From Alphaproteobacteria bacterium (GTDB lineage Bacteria > Pseudomonadota > Alphaproteobacteria > Bin95), in assembly GCA_964291285.2 (NCBI GenBank), contig OZ219789.1, positions 384,804 to 448,803 on the forward strand: a stretch of 64,000 bases of DNA. Direction: 5' to 3'. This document shows, in pieces, positions 50,382 to 59,840 of the stretch (positions within the stretch are counted from its first letter, which is position 1; each line of letters begins with the position of its first letter). A program made the position numbers and the translations under genes. The notes beneath the pieces are model-generated. The model was not told the DNA's origin. It did not search any database and saw only the letters and a list, made by a program, of their open reading frames with translations.

Positions 50382-51086
50382 TTAATCGAATCGCAGCGGC
50401 GCCCCGACTGCCAGGACGCACTCGGCATCGTCGTGCCGCGGGCTGTTCACCCGCGAACTCACCGGGAATCCCGTCAGCACCTCGCTGGGGGCGGGGCCAA
50501 GCGACACATCCTCGCCGGCGAGCCAGGGACCGAACGCCTCCGGGGCGACGATCGCCGGCATGCGGCCGTGGACCGGGCGCACCGTTTCGTTCGATTCCGT
50601 GGTGATGACCGTGAATGTCTCCACCATGTCGCCGGGACGGCGCTCCGAGAGCGAACCCCGCATATGCAACCCCTCCGGCACACACCAGCGTTCCCAGAGC
50701 CCCGCAAAGGCCATGAGCGAGCCATCGCGAGGCGCAAACAGCCATGGCTCCCGGCTCCGGCCCTGCCGGCGCCACTCATAGAAGCCGTCCGCCGGCACAA
50801 GGCACCGGCGCGACCGCCAGGCTGACCGGAAGGAGGGCTTTGCGGCGGCCGTTTCGGCGCGGGCATTAATCAGCCGGTTGCCGATCTCGGAGTCCTTCGC
50901 CCAGCCCGGGACCAGACCCCAGCGCAGCATAGCGAGCCGGAGCTCGCCCTCCTCAAGGCGCAGCACGGCTGCGTCCTGGATCGGCGCCAGGTTGTAGCGC
51001 GGCCGAAGATTGCGCGGCGGGCCCTCCAGGCGCAGCAGGGCTACGATTTCGCGCCAGGTGAAGCGCTGGGTAAAGCGGCCGCACAT
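50382..51086 (-). CDS. SOS response-associated peptidase (SRAP/YedK family)
   Basis: MCGRF N-terminus, PRYNLAP, RWGLVP, INARAET, RCLVPADGFYEW, HGRMP. Confidence 0.95.
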   Translation of the reverse strand: MCGRFTQRFTWREIVALLRLEGPPRNLRPRYNLAPIQDAAVLRLEEGELRLAMLRWGLVPGWAKDSEIGNRLINARAETAAAKPSFRSAWRSRRCLVPADGFYEWRRQGRSREPWLFAPRDGSLMAFAGLWERWCVPEGLHMRGSLSERRPGDMVETFTVITTESNETVRPVHGRMPAIVAPEAFGPWLAGEDVSLGPAPSEVLTGFPVSSRVNSPRHDDAECVLAVGAPLRFD

Positions 51087-51157
51087 GATTGCGAGGCTAG
51101 CGGCGCCCGGAAGGCCAGGCTACCGGATATTGATCTGTCGCGGCCGAGCATCTATAT

Positions 51158-51172
51158 GTTCCTTTCTTGTTC
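51158..51172. promoter_or_regulatory. Alphaproteobacterial LexA box (GTTC-N7-GTTC)
   Basis: GTTC-CTTTCTT-GTTC in the gap between divergent SRAP and an 87-aa ORF. Confidence 0.75.
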
Positions 51173-51195
51173 CAAACAATGGGAGCCCGGCGCCC

Positions 51196-51459
51196 ATGCA
51201 GTCCGAAGACAATCGGCCGACATCGCGCGACGAGGTCCTCTTCGATATCGAGATGGGGCTCAGGAAAGGAGAAAAGCTCTGGCCGAAGCGCTACAGGCCC
51301 GGCGACCATGACCGCCTCAGGCCCATGGCCATGGCCGTCCTCGAACATCTCGAACTCTGCGGCCTGCGGTTTTTCCGGAAACCTCCCAGGCCATGGCACA
51401 GCACGCCGGCGAATCCCCACGCGAGGGCACCTGCCGGCACGACCCCGAAAGAAGGTTGA
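51196..51459 (+). CDS. Hypothetical 87-aa protein, probably LexA-regulated
   Basis: GGGAG RBS, ATG 51196, 23 bp after the LexA box; EVLFDIEMGLRK...AMAVLEHLELCG. Confidence 0.65.
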   Translation: MQSEDNRPTSRDEVLFDIEMGLRKGEKLWPKRYRPGDHDRLRPMAMAVLEHLELCGLRFFRKPPRPWHSTPANPHARAPAGTTPKEG

Positions 51460-51622
51460 AGGAACCCGCGCTTATCCGTCGCTCCGAGCACCCGGGTCGG
51501 CTCCGCCTGTTGCCCGCCCCTCTGCAGAACACTCGACTTTCGATGCTCTGACGAGCGCAAGTATCAGTTCAACAGCCTGCGCCCATTCCCCAATGAGCCT
51601 GGGATTCCTGCAGACCACCGAG

Positions 51623-51969
51623 AGAGGCGCACGGGGTGGGTGTCGAGCGTGATGCCGATGATCCGGCAGATTGTCTCGAAGTCCTGGAAGACGTAGTCGT
51701 TCCATTCGTCGAAGAGGCCCTGGTCGCGATACCAGGAGCGGGCTTTCTCCCTGGCGGCGTCCGAGAGCTCGTCGATGGTGAAGACGGTGGTCGTGACGAT
51801 CTTGGGCATGTGCGTGCTTGCTCCGCGGTGCGGGCTGGTGGGTCGAGGAGCCGGCTTGCAGGTCAGGCCGGATCGGGCGGTGGCGGGACGAAGCGGACCG
51901 CTTCCTCGAGGCGCCGGCGTGCGACGCGGTCATGGCGGGGATTGGCGCGGAACCAGCGTTCCGGTTTTC
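51623..51969 (-). pseudogene. Duplicated remnant of two backbone genes (matches about 62078..62425)
   Basis: Encodes ...PERWFRANPRHDRVARRRLEEAVRF and MPKIVTTTVFTIDELSDAAREKARSWY...HPVRL; truncated at both ends. Confidence 0.85.
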
Positions 51970-52057
51970 GGGAGCACGCCGGATCCATATGGTCCGGCGA
52001 GCCACGACATCGTCATGCCACACATATCCTGCATATCGAAAGTTGAAGGAGTTCGAG

Positions 52058-53278
52058 ATGGATACGCTGCCAGGAGACGTCGAAACGGATGAGGGCCTGA
52101 CTGCGGGTTCCGGACTGGAGTTCACCTTGGGTATCGAGGAAGAGTTCTTCCTCATCGATCCGGAAACCCGCGATGTCATCGCCGACCCCGATCCGGCAAT
52201 CATGCAGCAATGCAGTCGTGACAGGGGCCCCCACAAGGTGGTTGCCGAACTCTTGCGGTCCCAGATCGAGACGGGGACGCGCGTATGCCGGTCCATAGCT
52301 GAATTGCGCGAAGCCCTGATCGAAACCCGTTGGCTTGTGGTACGGGCGGCGGAAGCGCACGGGGCTCGCGCCATGGCTGCCTCTACTCATCCATTCGCGT
52401 CCTGGAAGGACCAGCTTGTCACCCCCGAGTCGCGCTACCTCGAGTTTGAAATCGAGATGCAGGACGTCGCCCGGCGTTCCTTCGCCAGCGGCATGCACAT
52501 TCATGCCGGTTTCGGCGACGCCGATTCCCGTCTACGGGTCATGAGCGCTTTCCGCCGTTATCTCCCCCTCTTTATCGCGCTGTCAGCCTCGTCCCCCTTC
52601 TATACCGGGGGCTTTACAGGCTGCCGGTCGTACCGACCGCTCCTGTTCGGCGCCTGGCCGCGCACCAGTGTTCCGCCCAGCTTTTCGTCAAAGGCGGATT
52701 TCGACGCCCTGGTGGACATGTACCGCCGCGTGGAGGCAATTCGGGACAGCAGCCAGATCTGGTTCACGATCAGGCCTTCGCACGCCTATCCGACCGTTGA
52801 GATTCGGGCCTGCGATATTTGCACGGATCTCGATGACGCCATTGCCCTTGCGGCGCTTTACGCCTCTACGCTGCGGTGTCTGCTGCGCCGCGACGGCGCT
52901 GGAGAGCTTCCTCCAGAGCCGCCGACGGAACTCATTGCTGAAAACTGCTGGCTTGCCCAGCGCTACGGCACGTTGGCCTTTCTCGGCGATTTCGAACATG
53001 GCGGGCGCCTGGATATAGCGGACAGCATTGAGGCCCTGCTTGCGGAGACTACGGAGGATGCCCGCGCGCTTGGCTGCGAAACCGAACTCTGCCGGATTGA
53101 CACCATTGTTCGCGAAGGATCGGGTGCGGACCGCCAGGTCGAGCTCTACGAGCTGCTCCGTCTGGAGGGGGCCGATGAGCGGGAAGCCCTCTGGGCCGTC
53201 GTCGACCGGATTGTCGAGGATACCCGCCCGACCCGCGGTGCCTTTCGTGATCGTCGCCAAGGCTGGTTGCAGGATTGA
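52058..53278 (+). CDS. Carboxylate-amine ligase (YbdK / GCS2 family)
   Basis: GAAGGAG RBS; FTLGIEEEFFL, QIETGT, STHPF, GMHIHAG, SASSPF, IRPS...TVEIRACD. Confidence 0.92.
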   Translation: MDTLPGDVETDEGLTAGSGLEFTLGIEEEFFLIDPETRDVIADPDPAIMQQCSRDRGPHKVVAELLRSQIETGTRVCRSIAELREALIETRWLVVRAAEAHGARAMAASTHPFASWKDQLVTPESRYLEFEIEMQDVARRSFASGMHIHAGFGDADSRLRVMSAFRRYLPLFIALSASSPFYTGGFTGCRSYRPLLFGAWPRTSVPPSFSSKADFDALVDMYRRVEAIRDSSQIWFTIRPSHAYPTVEIRACDICTDLDDAIALAALYASTLRCLLRRDGAGELPPEPPTELIAENCWLAQRYGTLAFLGDFEHGGRLDIADSIEALLAETTEDARALGCETELCRIDTIVREGSGADRQVELYELLRLEGADEREALWAVVDRIVEDTRPTRGAFRDRRQGWLQD

Positions 53279-53470
53279 AGGCTAAGGGCAATTGGTAGTG
53301 CCAACCGAGGCCGGCCGGGAGACGTCGCGTACGGGTCGCTCCGCTGCACTGCGTCCCTGGTGCAAGTCGCGGCGCTGACCGTTTCCTGTCCTGACGGGGC
53401 GGGTGCGTGATTTCGGTGCTATGGGGCGGGGAGACAACCATGCAGGATTGACTCGCCGTCCGGCCCGGTG

Positions 53471-53731
53471 TCACGCCGCACGGGCGCGTCGCGCCAGCGC
53501 CAGGTCATAGTCGCCCTGCATCCTGACCCAGAAGTCGGCCGTTCCCCAGCCGAGCGTTTCGAGGGCGAGCGCCATCTCGACCGATACCGCCGCGTGGGCG
53601 TTGAGGACGCGAGAGAACGCTGCACGCGAGACCCCGAGCTGCCTCGCCGCTTCTCCGACAGACCAGCCCATCGCCTCGACGCTCTCGCGAATGCACTCGC
53701 CCGGATGCACCGGAGCCATACCCATTTCCAT
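53471..53731 (-). CDS. higA: HigA antitoxin
   Basis: PVHPGECIRE...AARQLGVSRAAFSRVLN...SVEMALAL...FWVRMQ..YDL. Confidence 0.92.
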   Translation of the reverse strand: MEMGMAPVHPGECIRESVEAMGWSVGEAARQLGVSRAAFSRVLNAHAAVSVEMALALETLGWGTADFWVRMQGDYDLALARRARAA

Positions 53732-53741
53732 CACATGCTCC

Positions 53742-54014
53742 TCAGTGATAATCGACCAGATCGACGTCCATCGCCTCACCGGCCTCGAAGCGAAAGACGA
53801 TGCGCCGGTTCCCCGACACGGCCACACTCCAGTAGCCCTGATACGCGCCTCGCAACGGATGCAGCCGGAATCCGGGCTGATCCAAGTCGCGTGGTTGTCG
53901 TGCGGAGCGCAGCATGTACAGGATGCGGCGTATCCGCGTGACGAGGGCTGCGTTCAGGCTGCGTGCGTCGTTGTGCTCGTAGAGCTGTCGCAATCCCTTG
54001 TGCCTGATGTGCAT
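53742..54014 (-). CDS. higB: HigB toxin
   Basis: RHKGLRQLYE...PGFRLHPLRG...WSVAVSGNRRIVFRF...VDLVDYH. Confidence 0.92.
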   Translation of the reverse strand: MHIRHKGLRQLYEHNDARSLNAALVTRIRRILYMLRSARQPRDLDQPGFRLHPLRGAYQGYWSVAVSGNRRIVFRFEAGEAMDVDLVDYH

Positions 54015-54324
54015 GAACCGGATGTATCGTGGCGCGCGTCACTATTCAACCTTTGGCGCTCATTCACGCGTCGCCGAAGGTTCTTGGCGTACGTTTCTGC
54101 CCCCTACCGGAATCGACGCCATACAGGGCCCGAGCGACCCCGAGGCGGCGCGGCGGAGCTGGAGTACGGGAACGGTATGGACCGCGGCGATGCAGAATCC
54201 GCTGCCTGGAACGAGTGTCCGCCTCCGGCAACCGGGGCAAGGCCGGGTCGGTAGGATCTGGTCGTTTCGGCAGGGCGTTGGTGGTCCGCCGGTCTTGAAA
54301 GCAGGCCGGCCGTTTGTGTGGCTG

Positions 54325-54888
54325 TCAGGGCCAGAGATCGGCCAGGCTGAAAGTGACCGCGTCGAAAGGCCGGATGTTGACGGGCTCGTCGTCCTTTGCG
54401 GTCGCGATGAGCAGCCAGTGACCGTCCTGAAGCTCGAATGCTTCCAGAGTGCGGTCGATCGGGTCGACGAGCCAAAGCCAGGAGACGCCTTCGCGGGCAT
54501 AGACCGGACGTTTTTCGTGCAGGTCGAGCCTGCGGGTTCCGGGGGAGAGGACTTCGCAGACCCAGTCCGGGGCGAGGGCGAAGTAGGCGGTCTCGGGAAT
54601 ATCCGGCATCCGCTCCCGGCGCCAACCGGCCAGATCTGGTACGAGGATGTCCTCGCCCAGGTGCAGTTCGGGTTCGTCGAAGATCCACCATCCGCCCGGG
54701 CCGCCGGAGTCGTAATCGAAAGGACCTCCGATCTTTGAGCCGAGCGATGAGCTGGCGCGTGCATGGGGCGGGGCTGGCCGGGGTTGCGTATGCAGCGCCC
54801 CATCGATTACTTCGGCGACCATGTGTGCGGGAGCGTTCAGCACATCCTGGTAATCGGCGCGGCGTTCTTGTTTCAATTTCTGTATCAC
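54325..54888 (-). CDS. Uma2-family endonuclease-like protein (copy 2)
   Basis: GTG 54888 overlapping the TGA of copy 1; AEVIDG, EPELHL, VPDLAGW, PDWVCEVLSP, WLVDP. Confidence 0.9.
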   Translation of the reverse strand: MIQKLKQERRADYQDVLNAPAHMVAEVIDGALHTQPRPAPPHARASSSLGSKIGGPFDYDSGGPGGWWIFDEPELHLGEDILVPDLAGWRRERMPDIPETAYFALAPDWVCEVLSPGTRRLDLHEKRPVYAREGVSWLWLVDPIDRTLEAFELQDGHWLLIATAKDDEPVNIRPFDAVTFSLADLWP

Positions 54889-55463
54889 TGTCCTGCGCGA
54901 CTGTCCGGCCACAGGTCGCCGAGGCTGAATGTGATGGCCTCGAAGGGAGGGACGCTTACGGGGTCATCGTCCTTGAGCGATGCGATCAGCAGCCACTGGC
55001 CGTCCCGGAGTTCAAAGGCTTCCAGACCGCGAGCGATGGGATCGACAAACCACAGATGGGGCAGGCTTTCCCGGGCATAGATCGGCCGCTTCTCATACAG
55101 ATCGATCTTGCGGGTTCCGGGCGAGAGCACCTCGCATGCCCAGTCGGGCGCGACCGCGAACCAAGCCGTGTCAGGATAGTCCGGCATGCGTTCGCGGCGC
55201 CATCCGGCCAGATCGGGTACGAGGATGTCCTCGCCCAGGTGCAGTTCAGGCTCGAAGACGATCCACCAGCCGCCCGGTCCTCCGTCGCCGTAGTTGAACG
55301 GCGGGTTGATTCGCCCTGCCAAACCCGAGCTTGCCCAAGCATGGCGCGGGGCCGGCCGGGGTTGCGTGTGCAGCGCGCCGTCGATCACCTCGGCGACCAT
55401 GTGCGCGGGGGCATTCAGCACGTCCTGGTAGTCGGCGCGGCGCTCTTGTTTCAATGGCTGCAT
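54885..55463 (-). CDS. Uma2-family endonuclease-like protein (copy 1)
   Basis: Same motifs; close paralogue of copy 2. Confidence 0.9.
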   Translation of the reverse strand: MQPLKQERRADYQDVLNAPAHMVAEVIDGALHTQPRPAPRHAWASSGLAGRINPPFNYGDGGPGGWWIVFEPELHLGEDILVPDLAGWRRERMPDYPDTAWFAVAPDWACEVLSPGTRKIDLYEKRPIYARESLPHLWFVDPIARGLEAFELRDGQWLLIASLKDDDPVSVPPFEAITFSLGDLWPDSRAGQ

Positions 55464-55567
55464 GAGGAGGCTGGCTCCTTTCCGAAATGAAATTACATGC
55501 CGGCGGGGTCAGAGTCTTCCCTGATCTCCTGCCAGACCTGCTGTTGGCCGGTGACCGGATCGACACG

Positions 55568-56240
55568 TTAGACCCGGACTGCGACGCCGTTGAGGGCGAG
55601 GACAACGGAAACCTCACAGTCTCCCTCGGCCTGTTGGGACTGGATGATCTCGACCAGGAGACGCAGGCCCTGGTTGCCCTCGAATTCGTCGATGTCCCAC
55701 CAGACGGGCTCGTTCTCGTCGTCCCATTTGATCTTGAGCTCGACGCCGCGGCTGGTCTCGATGACGGTGCCGCCCTGGGTGAGGTCTGAGGTGAATATGC
55801 GCCGGCCGGTAAGGTCGATCGGCATGGCGGCCCTGCAGCGGGTGCCGACGTCCGCGGCCAGGCGCCGGACGTGGTCGATGGTGCGTCCGGGTGCATCGTT
55901 CCATCGGACGATGGCGTCGAGAGCGGGATCGCCGTGCGGACCGGGGCCGTCGGGTATGACGACTTGGATGTCAGCGACGGTGGCGTAGAGCCCGGCCATG
56001 GCTTCGTCGCAGCCGCCGGCGGAGTAGATGTCCGTGATGTCCGGGATGGCGCGCTGGGTCTCGATGCGGATGACGGCGCCGAGGCAGAAGCAGTTGGCGT
56101 CCTGGTTCTGCCACTGCGAGAGTTCCAGGATGGCCATGTAGCCCCAGATATCGTTGGCATGGGAGCACCATTCGCCCTGCTGCCAGGAGCCGTCGTGCTG
56201 GAAGCGGGCGGCGACGGCCTCGGCGATTTCGAGGCGCTTT
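55568..56240 (-). pseudogene. 5'-truncated paralogue of the 57078..57779 protein with a different C-terminus
   Basis: Near-identical from KRLEIAEAVAARF to WWDIDEFEG; homology stops at about 56240 with no cognate start. Confidence 0.7.
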
Positions 56241-56413
56241 TTTAGAGGTAACAATTTGTACGGTGGTGCGGGTAGGCTGGGGATTCCGATGGAAGATGTC
56301 CGAGCCGGGCTTATCGATGCCGAGGCAGAAGGCTTGGTTGAGCGGACGAACAACGGAGGGTTCAGACTTACCGAAGCCGGCTTTCTACTTATGCAGAACT
56401 AGGCTGAGGCCTG

Positions 56414-56629
56414 CTATTGGTCTGCGCCGGCTTTGGCGGCTTCTTGGCCCCGGGCGTTGCGGCCGGAGATGTAGTCGCGCACGATTGTCAGCTGCCCCTT
56501 GATCTCGGCGAGGCCGGTCTGCGCCTCGCGCAGGCGGCAGTCGAAACGGTCGAGACGGGTGTTGACGCCGCGCAGGCCATTCAGGATCAGTCCAGCCAAG
56601 GCGACGCCAACGGCGAGGATCGCGGCCAT
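56414..56629 (-). CDS. Small TM + coiled-coil protein (paralogue 2)
   Basis: ILAVGVALAGLIL hydrophobic helix; shared RDYISGRN motif. Confidence 0.7.
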   Translation of the reverse strand: MAAILAVGVALAGLILNGLRGVNTRLDRFDCRLREAQTGLAEIKGQLTIVRDYISGRNARGQEAAKAGADQ

Positions 56630-56696
56630 TTCAGGGCTCCTCGGTAGTCGACCCGGCTATGAGTCCTGAAGCACGAGGGGGGCAGGCGGCATCGGA

Positions 56697-56987
56697 TCAT
56701 TCGTCGGCCCCGGATTCGACGGGCTCACCGGCGCGTTCATTCCGGCCTGTGATGTAGTCGCGAAGGAAGGCAAGCTGGCCGTCCATGCCGTCGAAGCGTC
56801 CTCTTAGCTGCGCCAAACCGGTTTCGACCGCTCGAAGCCGTGTGTCGAGGCCGGCAATATCCTTGCGGAGTTCACCGGTATCCTTGCGGATTTCGTCGAC
56901 GCGTTTGCCTAGTCCGTGCTGGCCTTTCAGCACCAGCCCTGCGAGTGCTACGCCGACGGCAATGATCGTGATCATCTCGGGACTCAT
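56697..56987 (-). CDS. Small TM + coiled-coil protein (paralogue 1)
   Basis: IIAVGVALAGLVL, heptad repeats, RDYITGRN. Confidence 0.75.
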   Translation of the reverse strand: MSPEMITIIAVGVALAGLVLKGQHGLGKRVDEIRKDTGELRKDIAGLDTRLRAVETGLAQLRGRFDGMDGQLAFLRDYITGRNERAGEPVESGADE

Positions 56988-57077
56988 GTGGAAATCCTAG
57001 CAGGTTCGGTGTGGACGGTCATCCGGTGTGGATCGGGATGCGTTCGCATTGAGGGAATGGCTGTCGGCAGTGTCGGG

Positions 57078-57779
57078 TCACGAGGAGTTTCGTGAAGGGA
57101 ATACGCTGCGGCGGTCGAGGCGGACCAGGGTATTGAGGCTGATCTGTAGAAGGAGGGCCTGATCCCCTTCGAATTCGTCGATGTCCCACCAGACGGGGTC
57201 GTTCTCGTCGTCCCATTTGATCTTGAGCTCGACGCCGCGGCTGGTCTCGATGACAGTGCCTCCCTGGGAAAGGTCCGAGGTGAATATGCGCCGGCCGGTA
57301 AGGTCGATCGGCATGGCGGCCCTGCAGCGGGTGACGACGTCCGCGGCGAGGCGCTGGACGTCGTCGATGGTGCGTCCGGGTGCATCGTTCCATCGGACGA
57401 TGGCGTCGAGAGCGGGATCGCCGTGCGGACCGGGGCCGTCGGGTATGACGAGTGGGATGTCGGCGACGGTGGTGTAGAGCCCGGCCATGGCTTCGTCGCA
57501 GCCGCCGGCGGAGTAGATGTCCGTGATGTCGGGGATGGCGCGCTGGGTCTCGATCCGGATGACGGCGCCGAGGCAGAAGCAGTTGGCATCCTGATCCTGC
57601 CACTGCGAGAGTTCCAGGATGGCCATGTAGCCCCAGATATCGTTGGCATGGGAGCACCATTCGCCCTGCTGCCAGGAGCCGTCGTGCTGGAAGCGGGCAG
57701 CGACGGCCTCGGCGATTTCGAGGCGCTTTTCGGGAGTGAGGTGGCGTTCGGCGAAAGTGGAGCCGGTGGAGGTTTGCAT
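57078..57779 (-). CDS. Hypothetical protein, possibly DUF6197-like
   Basis: WQQG...CFCLGA...WNDAPGRT motif; duplicated in the window with the frame conserved. Confidence 0.65.
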   Translation of the reverse strand: MQTSTGSTFAERHLTPEKRLEIAEAVAARFQHDGSWQQGEWCSHANDIWGYMAILELSQWQDQDANCFCLGAVIRIETQRAIPDITDIYSAGGCDEAMAGLYTTVADIPLVIPDGPGPHGDPALDAIVRWNDAPGRTIDDVQRLAADVVTRCRAAMPIDLTGRRIFTSDLSQGGTVIETSRGVELKIKWDDENDPVWWDIDEFEGDQALLLQISLNTLVRLDRRSVFPSRNSS

Positions 57780-57832
57780 CTGTCGCCTCAAGGATTTGGA
57801 GGGGGGACGGGTTGGGGGAGCGCTCAGCGCTG

Positions 57833-58060
57833 CTATGGGCCTGTTGAAGGAGGGGGCGGTTCGAGGCCGATCGAGAAGAAGTAGCCGCCGTTCCGTTTGA
57901 ACAGGACGATGCGGCCGCCGATGATGATGGTGTCGAAGTGAAAGCCGCCGAGCTCGCAGTCGGCGAAGTCGTCAGCATCCCGGATTGTGGTGAAGGGCTT
58001 GGCGTCGGTGTGGTCGACGGTCATCCGGAGAACCATCTGGCGCCTGGGGGTGCCGGTCAT
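57833..58060 (-). CDS. Hypothetical protein, 75 aa
   Basis: AAAGGA RBS, MTGTPRRQMVLRMTVDH...; co-oriented in the backbone operon. Confidence 0.55.
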   Translation of the reverse strand: MTGTPRRQMVLRMTVDHTDAKPFTTIRDADDFADCELGGFHFDTIIIGGRIVLFKRNGGYFFSIGLEPPPPSTGP

Positions 58061-58589
58061 GGTCGGGGTTCCTTTCGAGCGTGGCGGAGCGGTCAGCCGA
58101 AACGCTTGCCGTCTTTGGTGAAGGTGTATTCGTTGACCGCGATGGCCTCGTCGACGGCGCAGTCGGAGGTTTCGGCTTCGTAGGAATCCCGGAGCTGGCG
58201 GTAGAGCCAGTGCGCCAGGTCCCGGAGCGCTTCGACGACGGTGTCGTCGGTGCCGTCGGCGATCGGTTGCCAGGTCGGACTGTCGTGTTCGACGTCGATT
58301 TGAAGGCTGCTCGCGTGGGGGTGGCGACCGGTCTGGCGGACGGTTGCGTGGAGCTGCCATTAAGCCGACATCTGGAACATGCCGCTCTTGCTGCCTAACC
58401 CATTGATTTAGCGAACTACCATTCGGGATTTATCGGCATTATCGCGGAACTGGAATGCGCCGTACTCTCGTACGAATTCTCCCTCTTTAGCCGCCCTTCA
58501 GCACGATCAGTTGGATTTCGCTCTGGTTGCCCTTTCTGCATCGGTGATGGTTCCTCGCTCCATTCACCACGTAGAGGAGGGAACGAATC

Positions 58590-59840
58590 ATGTCTTCGAA
58601 CATGGATCACGAAGGGGCCGTGGCGCCAGCTGGTGCCGGCTGGCTGGTCCCGCACCGTGACGGATACCTGAGCGAACTCTCCAGGCTCGGTTATTCCGCG
58701 AGTACGATCAGACAGAACAAGTTTGCGGTAAACGCGTTCATCACACAGGTCGATCTCCGGGACGTCGACCCAAGGGATCTCAACGAGGTCGTGCTTGCGG
58801 AACTGCAGGACGCTGTTCGCGAGGTCCAGTCAGCCCGTCAACATCGCTACCGCCAAGTATGCATCTCGCGGTTCATCGCCTGGCTCGACTGCACCAATGT
58901 AATCAACCTGCCTCCGGCTTCCACGGCTCCGGAACCGGGAACATTGGAGCACCTCTGCGCGGCATACGGCGACTGGATGCGCCACCAACAGGGGCTGGGA
59001 GAGTCGACGATCAAGGTTCGCAAAGCCTGTCTGAGGCGTTTCATGACCTTCCGCTTCGGGCCGGTGCCCGGCAACCTGAATGACATTACCGCCCATGACA
59101 TCAGGGGCTTTCTGGACCTGCCGGTGGCGAGACGGGGAAGGTCTGGAGGGAGCTGGCGAGCGATCCCCCTTCGGAGCTTGTTCAGGTTCCTGTTTGCAAC
59201 GGGTCGGACCCGCTTGAACCTCGCATTGTGCGTTCCCCGCGTCGCCGGACCGGTATCGCGCCTGTCTCGCCACATGCCCTCCGACGAGGTGCGGCAACTG
59301 GTTGACGCGGTTAATGACGACAGCGGCCTTGGTCGCCGCAATTTTGCGATGCTTCTGCTAATGGCGCGGCTCGGACTGCGACCGCAAGAGGTGATCGCGC
59401 TTCGGCTCGACGACATCAACTGGGCGGCGGGAGAGCTCCTCGTCCGCGGCAAGTGTGGACTGCACAATCGCATGCCGCTCCCCGCCGACGTCGGCGAGGC
59501 GATCGTCGCTTACCTGCGCGAGGGCCGTGCTGCTCAATCACGACACCTCTTCGTTGCCTTTTGGCCTCCCCACCGGCCGTTGACGCCCACCGCCATTGCA
59601 GAAGTCCTGCAAAAGGCGTTCGCGCGAACCGGGTTGAAGCCGCCCGAGGGCGGGATCAGGAGCCACATTCTGAGGCATTCTCTCGCCATGGACATGTTGG
59701 GTCGAGGCGCATCGCTCGACGAAGTCAGCGAAGTGCTGCGCCACCGCTCGCGCAAGACGACGAGAAACTACGCCCGTTACGACATCCAGGCCCTCCGCTC
59801 AGTGGCGCGCCCATGGCCGGTGCCGGGAGAGGCTTCGTGA
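58590..59840 (+). CDS. ritA: RIT recombinase A
   Basis: LGLRPQEV, VRGK, HILRHS, LRH, NYARYD, ends ARPWP. Confidence 0.9.
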   Translation: MSSNMDHEGAVAPAGAGWLVPHRDGYLSELSRLGYSASTIRQNKFAVNAFITQVDLRDVDPRDLNEVVLAELQDAVREVQSARQHRYRQVCISRFIAWLDCTNVINLPPASTAPEPGTLEHLCAAYGDWMRHQQGLGESTIKVRKACLRRFMTFRFGPVPGNLNDITAHDIRGFLDLPVARRGRSGGSWRAIPLRSLFRFLFATGRTRLNLALCVPRVAGPVSRLSRHMPSDEVRQLVDAVNDDSGLGRRNFAMLLLMARLGLRPQEVIALRLDDINWAAGELLVRGKCGLHNRMPLPADVGEAIVAYLREGRAAQSRHLFVAFWPPHRPLTPTAIAEVLQKAFARTGLKPPEGGIRSHILRHSLAMDMLGRGASLDEVSEVLRHRSRKTTRNYARYDIQALRSVARPWPVPGEAS

